64,000 nt of DNA. It comes from Squalus acanthias (taxonomy: Eukaryota). Positions 47,311 through 58,313 of the stretch are shown piece after piece. Position numbers and translations under genes: made by a program. The stretch is taken from NCBI GenBank assembly GCA_030390025.1, contig CM059440.1, positions 21,328,001-21,392,000 of the forward strand. The letters run 5' to 3'. How positions within the stretch are numbered: the stretch's first letter is position 1; the number at the start of each line of letters is the position of its first letter. The notes under the pieces were generated by a model. It was not told the origin of the DNA. It did not search any database and was given only the letters and a program-made list of their open reading frames with translations.

Positions 47311-48960
47311 ACCAGCGAGAATGAGGAACTGAAAGAAATTAGTATTAGTAAAAAAAAAGTACTGGAGAAATTTATGGGACTGAAAGCCGATAAATCCCCT
47401 GGACCTGATGGCCTACATCCTAGGGTTTTGAAAGAGGTGGCTATAGAGATATTGGATGCATTGGTTGCCATTTTCCAAAATTCCATAGATTCTAGAACGG
47501 TTCCCGCAGATTGGAAGGGAGCAAATGTAACCCCACTATTTAAGAAAGGAGGGAGAGAGAAAACGCGGAACTACAGACCAGTTAGCCTGACATCAGTAGT
47601 AGGGAAAATGCTAGAATATATTATTAAGGACGTGGTAACAGGGCACTTAGAAAATAATAATAGGGTTGGACAGAGTCAACACGGATTTATGAAAGGGAAA
47701 TCGTGTTGAAGAAGTTTTTTGAGGTTGTAACCAGCAGAATAGATAAGGGGGAAACCAGTGGATGTGGTGTATTTGGATTTTCAGAAGGCATTCGATAAGG
47801 TGCCATATGAGGTTATTAAACAAAATTAGGGCTTATGGGATTGGGGGTAATATGCTAGCATGGATTGAGGATTGGTTAACAGACAGAAAACAGAGAGTAG
47901 GAATAAACGGGTCATTTTCGGGTTGGCAGACTGTAACTAGTGGGGTATCGCAAAGATCAGTGCTTGGGCCTCAGCTATTCACAATCTATATCAATGATTT
48001 GGATGAGGGGACCAAATGTAATATATCCAAGTTTGCTGATGATACAAAGCTCGGCGGGATTGTAAGTTGTGAGGAGGATGCAAAGAGGCTTCAAGGGGAT
48101 ATCGACAAGCTAAGTGAGTGGGCAAGAACATGGCAAATGGAATATAATGTGGAGAAATGTGAAGTTATACACTTTGGTAGGAAAAAATAGAAAAGCAGAG
48201 TATTTTTTAAATGGTGAGAGATTGGGAAATGTTGGTGTTCAGAGGGACCTGGGAGTCCTTGTACACAAATCACTGAAAGTTAACATGCAGGTACAGCAAG
48301 CAATTCGGAAAGCAAATGGTATGTTGGCCTTTATTGCAAGAGGATTTGAATATAAGAGTAAAGACGTCTTACTGCAATTATATAGGGGCCTGGTGAGACC
48401 ACACCTGGAGTATTGTGTACAGTTTTGGTCTCCTTACCTAAGGAAGGATATACTCGCCATAGAGGGAGTGCAACGAAGAGTCACCAGACTGATTCCTGGG
48501 ATGGAGGGATTGTCCTATGAGGAGAGATTGAGTAGACTAGGCCTATATTCTCTAGAGTTTAGAAGAATGAGAGGTGATCTCATAGAAACATACAAAATTC
48601 TTACAGGGCTTGACAGGGTAGATACAGGGAGGATGTTTCCCCTGGCTGGGGAGTCTTGAACCAGCCGTCACAGTCTCAGAATAAGGGGTCGGCCATTTAG
48701 GACTGAGATGAGAAATTTCTTCACTTAGAGGGTGGTGAATCTTTGGAATTCTCTACCCCAGAGGGCTGTGGAGGCTCAGTAGTTGAGTATATTCAAGACC
48801 AAGATCAATAGATTTTTGGATATTAAGGGAATCAAGGGATATGGGGATAGTGCAGGAAAGTGGAGTTGAGGTCGAAGATCAGCCATGATCTTATTGAATG
48901 GCGGAGCAGGCTCGAGGGGCCGAATGGCCTACTCCTGCTCCTATTTCTGATGTTCTTATG
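47311..48960 (+). mobile_element. 5'-truncated CR1 LINE (RT)
   Basis: [28 protein letters not shown] and FADDTKL, with frameshifts. Same subfamily as 20588-22117. Confidence 0.92.
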
Positions 48961-49450
48961 AGAAGGTTTGGCGAGGTTCTACTGGGAAGCTACCCTGAAC
49001 TACAGATCGTGAAACCAAACAATATGTTGAGGGTAGTCTGTCTTGTCAGCTGATCAACAATAACCAGAATCTCTCCCGACGGAGATTGGGAGCTTCTGAA
49101 TCTTTTTATTCAAGTACAATAGTACTTATACAACGCATCAGTTACATAGTAAACCATTACATTCATTGATGATTGGGAGCTTCTGGCTTTTTGATTCTGT
49201 CTTGGCGAATCTTGGCTCCTGTCCAATATGTAAATTATGGAAACGGCAGGCTCACAGCCAACAGGCACATGGGTGGGGAAGAGCGAGAGGGGAAAGAGCT
49301 TCAGAACCTTAACCATTAGACAATGCAGCGGCCTCGACATCACCAAACTAGTTCTGGGCTCGGGCGCCGTTCCCTAATATAGCGTGTTGGTTGGAATCTG
49401 CAGGTCCAATTCATTCAAACGTTGAACTTTCTGCTTGCAGGTAACTAGTG

Positions 49451-49668
49451 ATGGTGAACAAAGAGCAAAGCGGCAGCGGGCGGGCGTCCAAGACCACTGA
49501 TAGTTCTAGTGATGGTTCCCGGGCGAGTTCCCGCAGTTCAACTCCCGGCCCCGACTGCGACCGACTCCAGGAAAAGATGCGCCGGCGTATTGAATCGGGA
49601 GACAAATGGTTCTCCTTGGAGTTTTTCCCTCCACGAACCGCCAGTGGTGCCGTTAATCTGATCTCCGG
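49451..49668 (+). CDS. MTHFR: MTHFR coding exon 1 (MVNKEQ...SSTPG...[19 protein letters not shown])
   Basis: ATG at 49451, donor GTAAGG, 218 nt. Confidence 0.95.
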
Positions 49669-52600
49669 GTAAGGCTGGTAATACTGAGCAGCAATGAATG
49701 GCCGGGTGCACTGAAGCCCAGCAGGAGGATGGGGTTGTTGTGCTCCATTGACTGGGCCAGTAGGATTGCTGTGAGGTGGAGAGGAGCTGACTAGCATCTT
49801 AAAGTGGGGGAGGGAATGAGGAGAAATACTGTTTTATAAAGTAAATAGTCCCTCAAACTGGATCTCACAAGTTGTTCTGTCGTTGGGTGTTGGTTATTCT
49901 CTATAATCATAGCCTTGCTTAGAACTAAACATAACCCATACTTTATTCAGACCTGCCTGCTTTTGTTTGTTGGAAACAGGAGTGTGTGATTTATAGAATT
50001 ACATATCTTACTGGTTTATTATATAGACATATTGTCGAATGTAGTGGGATGGCTGCATCACTTCTGAAATGATGGACTGTTGGTGCTGGAGCGGCGCACT
50101 GGAGTCGGAGCGGGGTGTGGCGGTGCTGGAGCTGGAGCGGGTGCCGGAGTGGGGTGGGGTGTGGTGGTGTCGGAGCGGGTGCCGGAGTGGGGTGGGGTGT
50201 GGCGGTGCCGGAGCAGGTGCCGTGAGCTGGAGTGGGGTGTGATACAGTGGTGCCGGAGCGGGTGCCGTGTGTAGTGTGCCAGAGTGGGGGTGGTGTTGGA
50301 GCCGGAGCGGGGGCGGTGTTGGTGCCAGAGCGTGTGCTGGAGCTAGTCCACTGCCTCACTGGTTGGCGGCCGTGGCTCCCCACAACGTGAATTTCCAATC
50401 GCTCGGGGAGATCAGAGGAACAGATCTATCTGCAAGAAACTAGCTGGAGTGGAATAGCAGAAGCTGAGGGATAAATTATTCGGGCGGTGAGAGGTGCATG
50501 TCACAAGGGAAAACTGAAAGGTGTGTTAGAGATGAGCAGCGGAATTTTCCAGAGAGTACGTCAATGTCCCGGAATAAATGTGGACAGAATCAACCTAAAT
50601 TTCAAGGGACCAGGCTGGTTTGATACTGACTCCTGTGTCCTCCTGTTAACATCATCAAAATAAATGCACCTAACACAAGGTGGCCACACGGTTCTCGCTG
50701 ACTGTCCAACCCCCTCTCTCTTGTGTGGTTGTGGCTGGTTTAATGCTTGCAGTCATTTTTTAAGTTCTCCTGTCAAGAGTCCTTCCCCTGAAGGTACTGA
50801 CCCGGGCTGGGTCTAGTTCCACAGGTCCTGGCCTTTCCTGAAAGTGATGGTTCTTGCTGAGTTACAAATCCTTCAGTCGTTTATCAAAATACAAACCTAG
50901 ACACATGTTGGTGGGAACATCACAGCTGAACCTAACGCTCACTGAGTCACTGGAATAGGACCAGGAGTGAACCCTGGCCTAGTGAATTTTTTTTGTTTCC
51001 TCAGTAACATGGGGGTACTGAGGCCAACTGCCGCACTTCTAATCCAGCCCCGGTGCAGATCAGCTAACCTGGTACAGACTAAGTAACTTCCTGATTTTAT
51101 GGCTCACTGGTTAAACTTGCTGAACCATTGGAGGGGCCAAACTTGGGATTTGATTCTATTGTGCAGTGAGATGTTTTGTTGCGAGTTGCTGACTGTGGCC
51201 TTTGTTTGGTTAGGTTTGACCGTATGGCTGTCGGTGGGCCGCTCTTCATTGATGTGACCTGGCATCCAGCTGGGGACCCAGGCTCTGACAAAGAGACTTC
51301 CTCCATGACCATAGCCAGCACAGCAGTAAATTACTGCGGCCTGGAGACATTGCTGCATATAACCTGCTGTAACCAGACCAAGGATCAGATCACACAGCAC
51401 CTGCATAAGGCTCGTAGCCTGGGGCTGAAGAACATACTCGCACTCCGTGGTGGTGAGATACTGATCAGTGTTCTACTTCTAACCTCCTCCCTTTACATGT
51501 TTCTCTCTCTTGCTGCCCCCCAACCCTCAGGGATGCTCCTGGTTCTTGCTTCATGTCTCTGAGCTCAGTGTGTGGGCGAATCCACTCCCCATCACCTACC
51601 TCAATTATAACATCCATAGACATGGGGAGGATGATGATCAGAAGGAACTTGGATTCATGTTGTGAGAATCAAAGGGCCATCGGCAAGTCCCTCTTGTTCT
51701 ATTGCAGGAATGTCCAAATGTCGCATCCCTGGAGTCGCGAGGGACACAAATAAAATTTAAACCTGAAGTTTTTCTATTGGGTTTACTGGGGTTCAACACC
51801 AGTGAATCTGGCAAAATTATTCCAATTACCACTGGCCTCAAAAACCATGCAAATAAACCAGTGCCCTGAGAACCCAACTCAGGCCAACATGAAAACCATC
51901 CAATGAATCTATAGATCTTGGATTGCTGATGTTAACAGATCTCAGTTTTCTGATTTAAATATATTCACCATGAGCCAACCATACCAAGAATGACCCTTTT
52001 CAAAGCTCCTGGTCTACAATATTCAAACAGGACTATTCGGCGAGTAAGAAATATAAACACAAATGTAACTGAGGTTTCTGGGCTTGGCTACTTCACACCG
52101 CCGGTCTCATCAGCTTTCCAAGAGAATATCCTGGTATGTCTAAATAAGTACTTAAAATAACATGGGGGAGAGGAAGGGCAAAGATGCGTGGCACTCATTG
52201 ACCTGAAATATTGACACCTTCCTGTACATAATAACATCATAGTAAAACACTGTTTGGTGCAGGGATGAGGGAGAATCTATAAACCATTCTCAACCCATCA
52301 GCCTCACATTGATTAATTTGAATGTGGTACAGTCTATTCTATACTTTTCCACATTATCCAAGTACGCTGGGGACGGAGGCAGGAATGAGATGGTGGGAGG
52401 TGCTGTTCAGTGCTCTGATGGGATGTGTGAGCCTTTAACAGAGGCTGTTATTTTGCAGATCCCATGGGTGATGAGTGGAAGACTGAAGAAGGAGGATTCA
52501 GTTATGCCAGTGATTTGGTCAAACACATTCGCTGCGAGTTTAACGATTACTTTGACATCTGTGTCGCTGGTAAGCTCAGCTCTGCAAACCCAGTTTCTTT

Positions 52601-55600
52601 GCATCCCATTCTCTACGTCTTAAACTAGGCAAGGTGCTGATTTCAATCTTGTTTCCTTGCAGGTTACCCAACAGGGCACCCAGAGAGTGACAGTTACGAG
52701 GAGGATCTCAGACACCTGAAGGCAAAGGTAGATGCCGGCTCAGACTTTATCATCACCCAACTCTTCTTCAAACCTGAAACCTTCCTTGCGTTTTTCAAGG
52801 ACTGTCGTGCAATTGGAATTACTTGTCCTATTCTGCCAGGAATCTTTCCCATTCAGGTACGTATGAACAGAGGCCTGGAGGCATCCCTGATCCCAGGTGA
52901 GCATCCTATACTGAGGTGACATGTCTTGTGGTGTAGGCCTTGCACTGGAGCAGTAACTTCACCAAGTTTCCTGTAGGAAGAGAGTGCTCCTCACTCCTTG
53001 TGCTGATGCAGTTCAGGTTATTGACATCAATCTCATTTTCCCTTATCCTGTGGCAGGGGTATCACTCATTGCGACAGCTGATCAAACTCTCCAAGCTACA
53101 GGTGCCACAGGAAATCAAAGACATCATTGACCCAATCAAGGATAATGATGCTGCTATTAGGAATTATGGTATTGACTTGGCCACTGACATGTGCAAGGTT
53201 CTGCTGGAATCGGGGCTGGTGCCAGGGCTCCACTTCTACACCCTGAACAGAGAGATGGCAACCATAGAGATTCTGAAACGACTGGGACTGTGGACCGAGG
53301 ACCCTAGGTGGGTTTGAACAGATAATATAACTACGTACACAAGTACATGATCTCTGCAATTCACTAGACCAGGACTAGCAGAAATCTTAATGATACTAGC
53401 TGGCCAATTAGCGTCATTTTGTTTAAATTCTGGATGTACCTGCCTTTCCCTTATTTATTGATTAACTTGCATCACTATATTGGTGTAGGACATGATATTA
53501 CTTAATCCCAGAAAGGAGATTATTGGTTTACAGTGGCTGTACTGTAACTGTGATCTATAAGAGTCCAGGAATTCAACGTTTGAATATTTCCTAGCTTTGT
53601 ACCATTCTTTTAGAAAGCTGTCATGGAGTCGGGTGTGTCTAACCTTTTAATAGTCTCTTTCTCTCCCCTCCCCCAGACGATCCTTGCCGTGGACCATCAG
53701 CGCCAATCCAAAGCGAAAGGTCGAGGATGTCCGACCAATATTCTGGGCTTCGAGGCAGAAGAGTTACATCTACAGAACCCAGGATTGGGATGAATTTCCC
53801 AATGGAAGATGGTACAATCTTTAAATCATTACTGGTGTTTAGACCATGAACTATTGTGTAAAGGTGCAGTATGAGAGCAGCTCATCACACTCGTAAGTTT
53901 ACAATTGTAAATGTTTGGCCTGCTACTAGTGTTGCCAGTTGGGTTTCGTTAGTGTGGTGTGTGGAATTTTCATGCTATATCCACTTCAACTGTGGAAAAA
54001 TACCCAGGAGCACAATTCTTGATTCAGTCCTTCCAAACTTGGGTTGTGTCTGGAGCGAGCGTTTTGAGCTGTGTAACACCAGGTTCAAGTGCTGGTGTTT
54101 ACAGGTCTCTCATCGTCAATTTGAGGGGATGAATATGGAGTATTCCAACATTAAAGTATATTGGCTAAAGTGTGGATTTATTTTCTCTCTTGTATATTGG
54201 TACCAATTCACTAAATAGATCCAATGGCAACACTGGAGAGTTTGTTTAATTTCCCGAGCCCCTAAAGCTTGCAAACAATTGTACAGAAGATATTTACAGA
54301 TAAAATCAAGTTGAACTCGATTGGTGGCTTTGCCCTAAACTAGTTGATCAGTGTCTAGATTCTGTGTGATTTTATATTCGATGTTTTAGGGGGAACTCAT
54401 CATCTCCTGCATTTGGTGAGCTGAATGATTACTACCTCTTCTATCTGAAGAATAACTGTCCCAAGGAGGAGCTGCTGACGATGTGGGGGGAGGAGCTGGT
54501 AGATGAAGAAAGCATCTTTGAGGCCTTCACGACGTATATCACTGGGCAACCCAACCGCAACGGGAAAAAGGTAATAGAACTAGTGACCAAGTAAAACTGT
54601 GCTAAGAAGTTGCTGTAATATTTATTGTAACTAATTCATAAGACAAGAGTTAAGTTACCAATCCTGTAGCAGTTTATGGAAACTTAACTTTAAGTTAAAA
54701 ATGTCATTTGATGCTCATTTCTGACTTGCCCAATTCAGTGTTTAGATACAGCTGCTACCAGGTGAAGTTACACCGTGCAGGAGAATGAGGCTTGAGGCTT
54801 GAAAACTTCAAACGGGTGACATTGCTGATTAATGTCAAGATATTTCAATATTCAAGCTCTCTTGACATATTTATGTCCTATAAATGTAAATGTATATGGA
54901 GTTGTCAAAGTCCAGAACCTCCAGTGCAAGCCTTGGGGTTTCTGTGCTACTCGCGCCTCCATTGAGAGTTAGTCGGTATTTCAGACAGCCACAGTCTTCC
55001 TGTACAACACAATTTGCCAATTTAACTAGCACCATCTGTCGAGCTGGTATTAGCAACTGTTTTTGATATTGTCTTGTTTCCCAGCAAGAGCTCCAGCAAC
55101 ATCCACAACAGTGACCGTCATTCTTCAATACTGTGATTCCTCATCCCTCTGACTTGTAGCAACATGATGCGGAGATGCCGGTGTTGGACTGGGGTGGACA
55201 AAATTGAGAGGTCGCACAACACCAGGTTATAGTCCAACAGTTTTATTTTAAATCACAAGCTTTCGGAGTTACAACTCCTTCGTCGGGTGAACACTTCACC
55301 CGACGAAGGAGTTGTAACTCCGAAAGCTTGTGATTTAAAATAAAACTGTTGGACTATAACCTGGTGTTGTGCGACCTCTCAATTTTGTAGCAACATGTCA
55401 GATGATCTGGTCTTATCTGATCTTCAGGTTGGGGATCTATATCCAAAAAATATTTAATTGAATCATCTTACAAATATCTGGATAAATGAGAACTTTCCCC
55501 TTGTGTGCTAAAGAATTTCAGGATAAAGGAGTTTTTTTCCTGGCCAGTATATCTGGAAATTGTTCAGTAAACTTGTTTTGAACTTGAGAATCTACAGAAG

Positions 55601-58313
55601 AACCAATTCTAACGGAACAGACACTAGATTCTGGGACCTTATGGCAAATGTTTTCACCGACTGTCTTCCAAAAAGAAAGCAGTAGCAATCGCCCAACAGT
55701 GACTTGCTCGTGACTCAATGTTCCTCTCTCTCCCGCTATCCCCGGAGATGGAACATGCATCCTGATGGCAGCTAGTGGACTGTGAGCTGGCACAACTTGA
55801 CCAGCTGAAGTAAACCACTTTGGGCCTGGCAGCCTCTGGCTTGGAGTCCAGGGCTCAAGTGCTTGAACAACCAAACCAGCCCTGTTTTTAAACAATGTGA
55901 CTTCTGGTTTGTGTATTCTCAGGTAACCTGTCTGCCCTGGAATGACGAACCTCTGGCACCAGAAACATCCCTGATGAAAAAGGAACTAGAGAAGGTGAAT
56001 CAGATGGGAATTCTCACTATAAACTCCCAGCCCAACATCAACGCTAAGCCATCAACTGACCCCATCGTGGGCTGGGGGCCAGAGGGAGGCTACGTGTTCC
56101 AGAAGGTAAGAGTAACTAGAATACTAGGAGAGTAAAGAGAACCTATTGGGGGTTCAGAACTCCCTGGTTTGGAATCTAGGGCAAGTGAGGATAGGCCATG
56201 AGGGAACATATGTCTTTGCTCTGTGCCTGAATCTTGCTCTTCCTGTTCCAGGCCTACCTCGAGTTTTTTACATCCTCTGAAAATATATCTACTCTACTCA
56301 AAGTTCTGAAGAAATACAAAACACGAGTGAACTACCAGATCGTAAATGTGAAGGTGAGGACTCATCAGTCATGGTTGGGACCGCGAGTCCTGCAGTAAAG
56401 GAGGTAACTGAGTTTCACTTGTACTGTAACGAAAGGTGCTAGAAGATGAAGAGTTCCACTCTGTCTATCTCTAGTCTGTTCTTTTGTTTCTCGGTCAGTT
56501 GCAGGTTGCTAGGGATTCACTGATGCCTGTTAACTTTCATCAGGAGATTGAGTGTGAATTTTCTAACTCTGTTGGGCCTGGGGAGGGGCTTGTCATACTC
56601 AATAATTATTTCTAAGAGCCTGTTGGTGAAAAGCCAACATATATCCACCCCAACCTCAGGCCTGCATTTAAAAGGATGCTGTCTGTGCGCTAACACTTCC
56701 TAGTCATTCGACAATATGGCCGCGTCTGCAGGCTGGAGTGAAGAAGTCCACTAGCTGCATTTCCTCAGTCATGCGTTACTACTTATCTGAACTGCACTCC
56801 CCTGCGGCGATCAGCAGTGGAGCCCAAAGTGATGGATATATCACAGGGTGGGATCGGCAATGGAGCTCTCAGTGATGGGTGTATTGCAGGGTGGGATCGG
56901 CAGTGGAGCTGTGACGGGTGTATCGCAGGGTGGGACAATCTCTCCTCAATGCTCACACTGCTACAGGTGACCATCTCCAGCTTCAACATGCCTGGGGCTC
57001 GGATGGAAAGAGCCGTTATGGGGGTGCTTTACTGCCTTCTGGACTACATAGGGCACTGGAATGGCCCCAGGGAGACCCCAGCAGTCAGGGCATGGCTGCA
57101 AGGTGACATGACCAGCCCCTCTAGTCTTCCACTCAGATGATAACTGCAAACAAGCATTCAACCCGGCAAAAGGAGGCTGACTGTTCCCTCAGTCCCAAGA
57201 GGCCCCCACTGAGACCCAGCAACCAGCCTGACTTGCACCTGCCACTGGAGGAGCAGCGAGAAGCCGCCTCACGTTAGGTTCGGCAGCATACAAACTCACC
57301 AAGGAGACTAAATGGGCAACAATCCACTTTATGGAACACAAGCAGATTGGGTTTCAGACTGAGTTACTCAGATCTTGTATCCAACCTAATATGGGCATAA
57401 GTGAGAAATTGCAGCTGTTTTCAGCACTGATTCATAAACTAACCTTGAACCTTTTCTAACCTGTTGCAGGGTGAAAATATAAATAATGCCTTTGACCTGC
57501 AGCCGATTGCAGTTACGTGGGGGATCTTCCCTGGACGTGAGATAATTCAGCCCACAGTGGTCGATCCCATCAGCTTCATGTACTGGAAGGTAATGGGAAT
57601 CAAACCTTGTGCAGAATAAAATACAATAAACTCCTGGGTGGCTTTGTAAAGAAGTGACAGTAGATGAATTTCGTAACTGTTCCATTTCCTTCCCCCCGCA
57701 ATGGCTCTGAACACATCGATCCTCAGTCCTCCTGCCTGTATGTGTGGCAGCTCCCAATATGTTGCTCTTGGATTCCTGTCTGCTACTTTGTGCGGTCAAC
57801 TATTCAAAGACCTGGTACAGCCCCCTTCCATTCAAAAAATCAACAATGGAATTTCTTACCAACACTTGCCCTAATATCCCAGTGCGCGCACTGCTTTATC
57901 TGACATCAAAGGGAGAAATACATTTGGTCTGTAGAGAGGGGAATAGTCAGAGTGTGTGGGGGGGGAGGGCAATAGTCTGTGTGTGTGGGGAGAGCGGGGC
58001 AGTCTGTGTGTGTGTGGGGGCGGGGGGAGATAGTCTGTGTGGGGAGCAGTCTGCAGACTCTAACGCTGTGATTTGTTCTCAGGATGAAGCCTTTGCCCTG
58101 TGGATTGAGCGATGGGCGAAATTGTACCCGACAGGATCTCCCTCTCGGCAGATAATTCAGGACATTCACGACCACTATTATCTGGTCAATCTCGTGGACA
58201 ATGACTTTCCATTTGAGAACTGTCTCTGGCAAGTTATTGATGACCTCTTCACGTTAAAAGCGTCTGAAAAGACTTGTGCTTCTCCAGCTTGTGACCTGCC
58301 TGTAGAACCTTGA
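49451..58313 (+). CDS. MTHFR: MTHFR gene span: methylenetetrahydrofolate reductase, 11 coding exons, 1965 nt CDS, 654 aa
   Basis: Spliced exons give the Ser-rich N-terminus (STPG), the catalytic barrel ([29 protein letters not shown]), the linker and the SAM-binding regulatory domain. All introns are GT-AG. Confidence 0.98.
50080..50345. repeat. G-rich low-complexity repeat (GGTGCCGGAGCGGG..)
   Basis: Visible degenerate units. Confidence 0.7.
51214..51452 (+). CDS. MTHFR: MTHFR coding exon 2 (FDRMAVGGP...KNILALRG)
   Basis: 239 nt, AG/GTGAGA flanks. Confidence 0.97.
52459..52569 (+). CDS. MTHFR: MTHFR coding exon 3 ([37 protein letters not shown])
   Basis: 111 nt, AG/GTAAGC flanks. Confidence 0.97.
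52663..52856 (+). CDS. MTHFR: MTHFR coding exon 4 (GYPTGHPE...[13 protein letters not shown]...PGIFPIQ)
   Basis: 194 nt, AG/GTACGT flanks. Confidence 0.97.
53057..53307 (+). CDS. MTHFR: MTHFR coding exon 5 (GYHSLRQL...[10 protein letters not shown]...WTEDP)
   Basis: 251 nt, AG/GTGGGT flanks. Confidence 0.97.
53677..53811 (+). CDS. MTHFR: MTHFR coding exon 6 ([44 protein letters not shown])
   Basis: 135 nt, AG/GTACAA flanks. Confidence 0.96.
54390..54570 (+). CDS. MTHFR: MTHFR coding exon 7 ([11 protein letters not shown]...QPNRNGKK)
   Basis: 181 nt, AG/GTAATA flanks. Confidence 0.96.
55167..55388 (-). mobile_element. Palindromic Penelope-like insertion (family B), 94-bp perfect arms plus unique tail
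   Basis: Arms 55198-55291 and 55295-55388 with a 3-nt spacer CAC. Direct repeat TTGTAGCAACATG at 55154-55166 and 55385-55397. The tail is the reverse complement of the tail of the 44.6-kb copy. Confidence 0.8.
55253..55333. ncRNA. Back-to-back hammerhead motifs (family B, CCGA core variant) on both strands: + 55296-55333, - 55290-55253
   Basis: TCAC-CCGACGA-A-GGAGT(TGTA)ACTCC-GAAA-GCT-T-GTGA is present in each arm of a perfect inverted repeat. Confidence 0.65.
55923..56105 (+). CDS. MTHFR: MTHFR coding exon 8 ([11 protein letters not shown]...[12 protein letters not shown])
   Basis: 183 nt, AG/GTAAGA flanks. Confidence 0.97.
56252..56353 (+). CDS. MTHFR: MTHFR coding exon 9 ([34 protein letters not shown])
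   Basis: 102 nt, AG/GTGAGG flanks. Confidence 0.96.
57470..57589 (+). CDS. MTHFR: MTHFR coding exon 10 ([40 protein letters not shown])
   Basis: 120 nt, AG/GTAATG flanks. Confidence 0.97.
58083..58313 (+). CDS. MTHFR: MTHFR coding exon 11 ([11 protein letters not shown]...LVNLVDNDF...DLPVEP*)
   Basis: Acceptor TCTCAG at 58082, stop TGA at 58311-58313. Confidence 0.96.
   Translation, partial: DEAFALWIERWAKLYPTGSPSRQIIQDIHDHYYLVNLVDNDFPFENCLWQVIDDLFTLKASEKTCASPACDLPVEP

Noticed and set aside
57744-58082. N-terminal extension of the ORF containing the last MTHFR exon
   Set aside because: It is intronic read-through including a GT-rich repeat. Homology starts at the acceptor at 58083.
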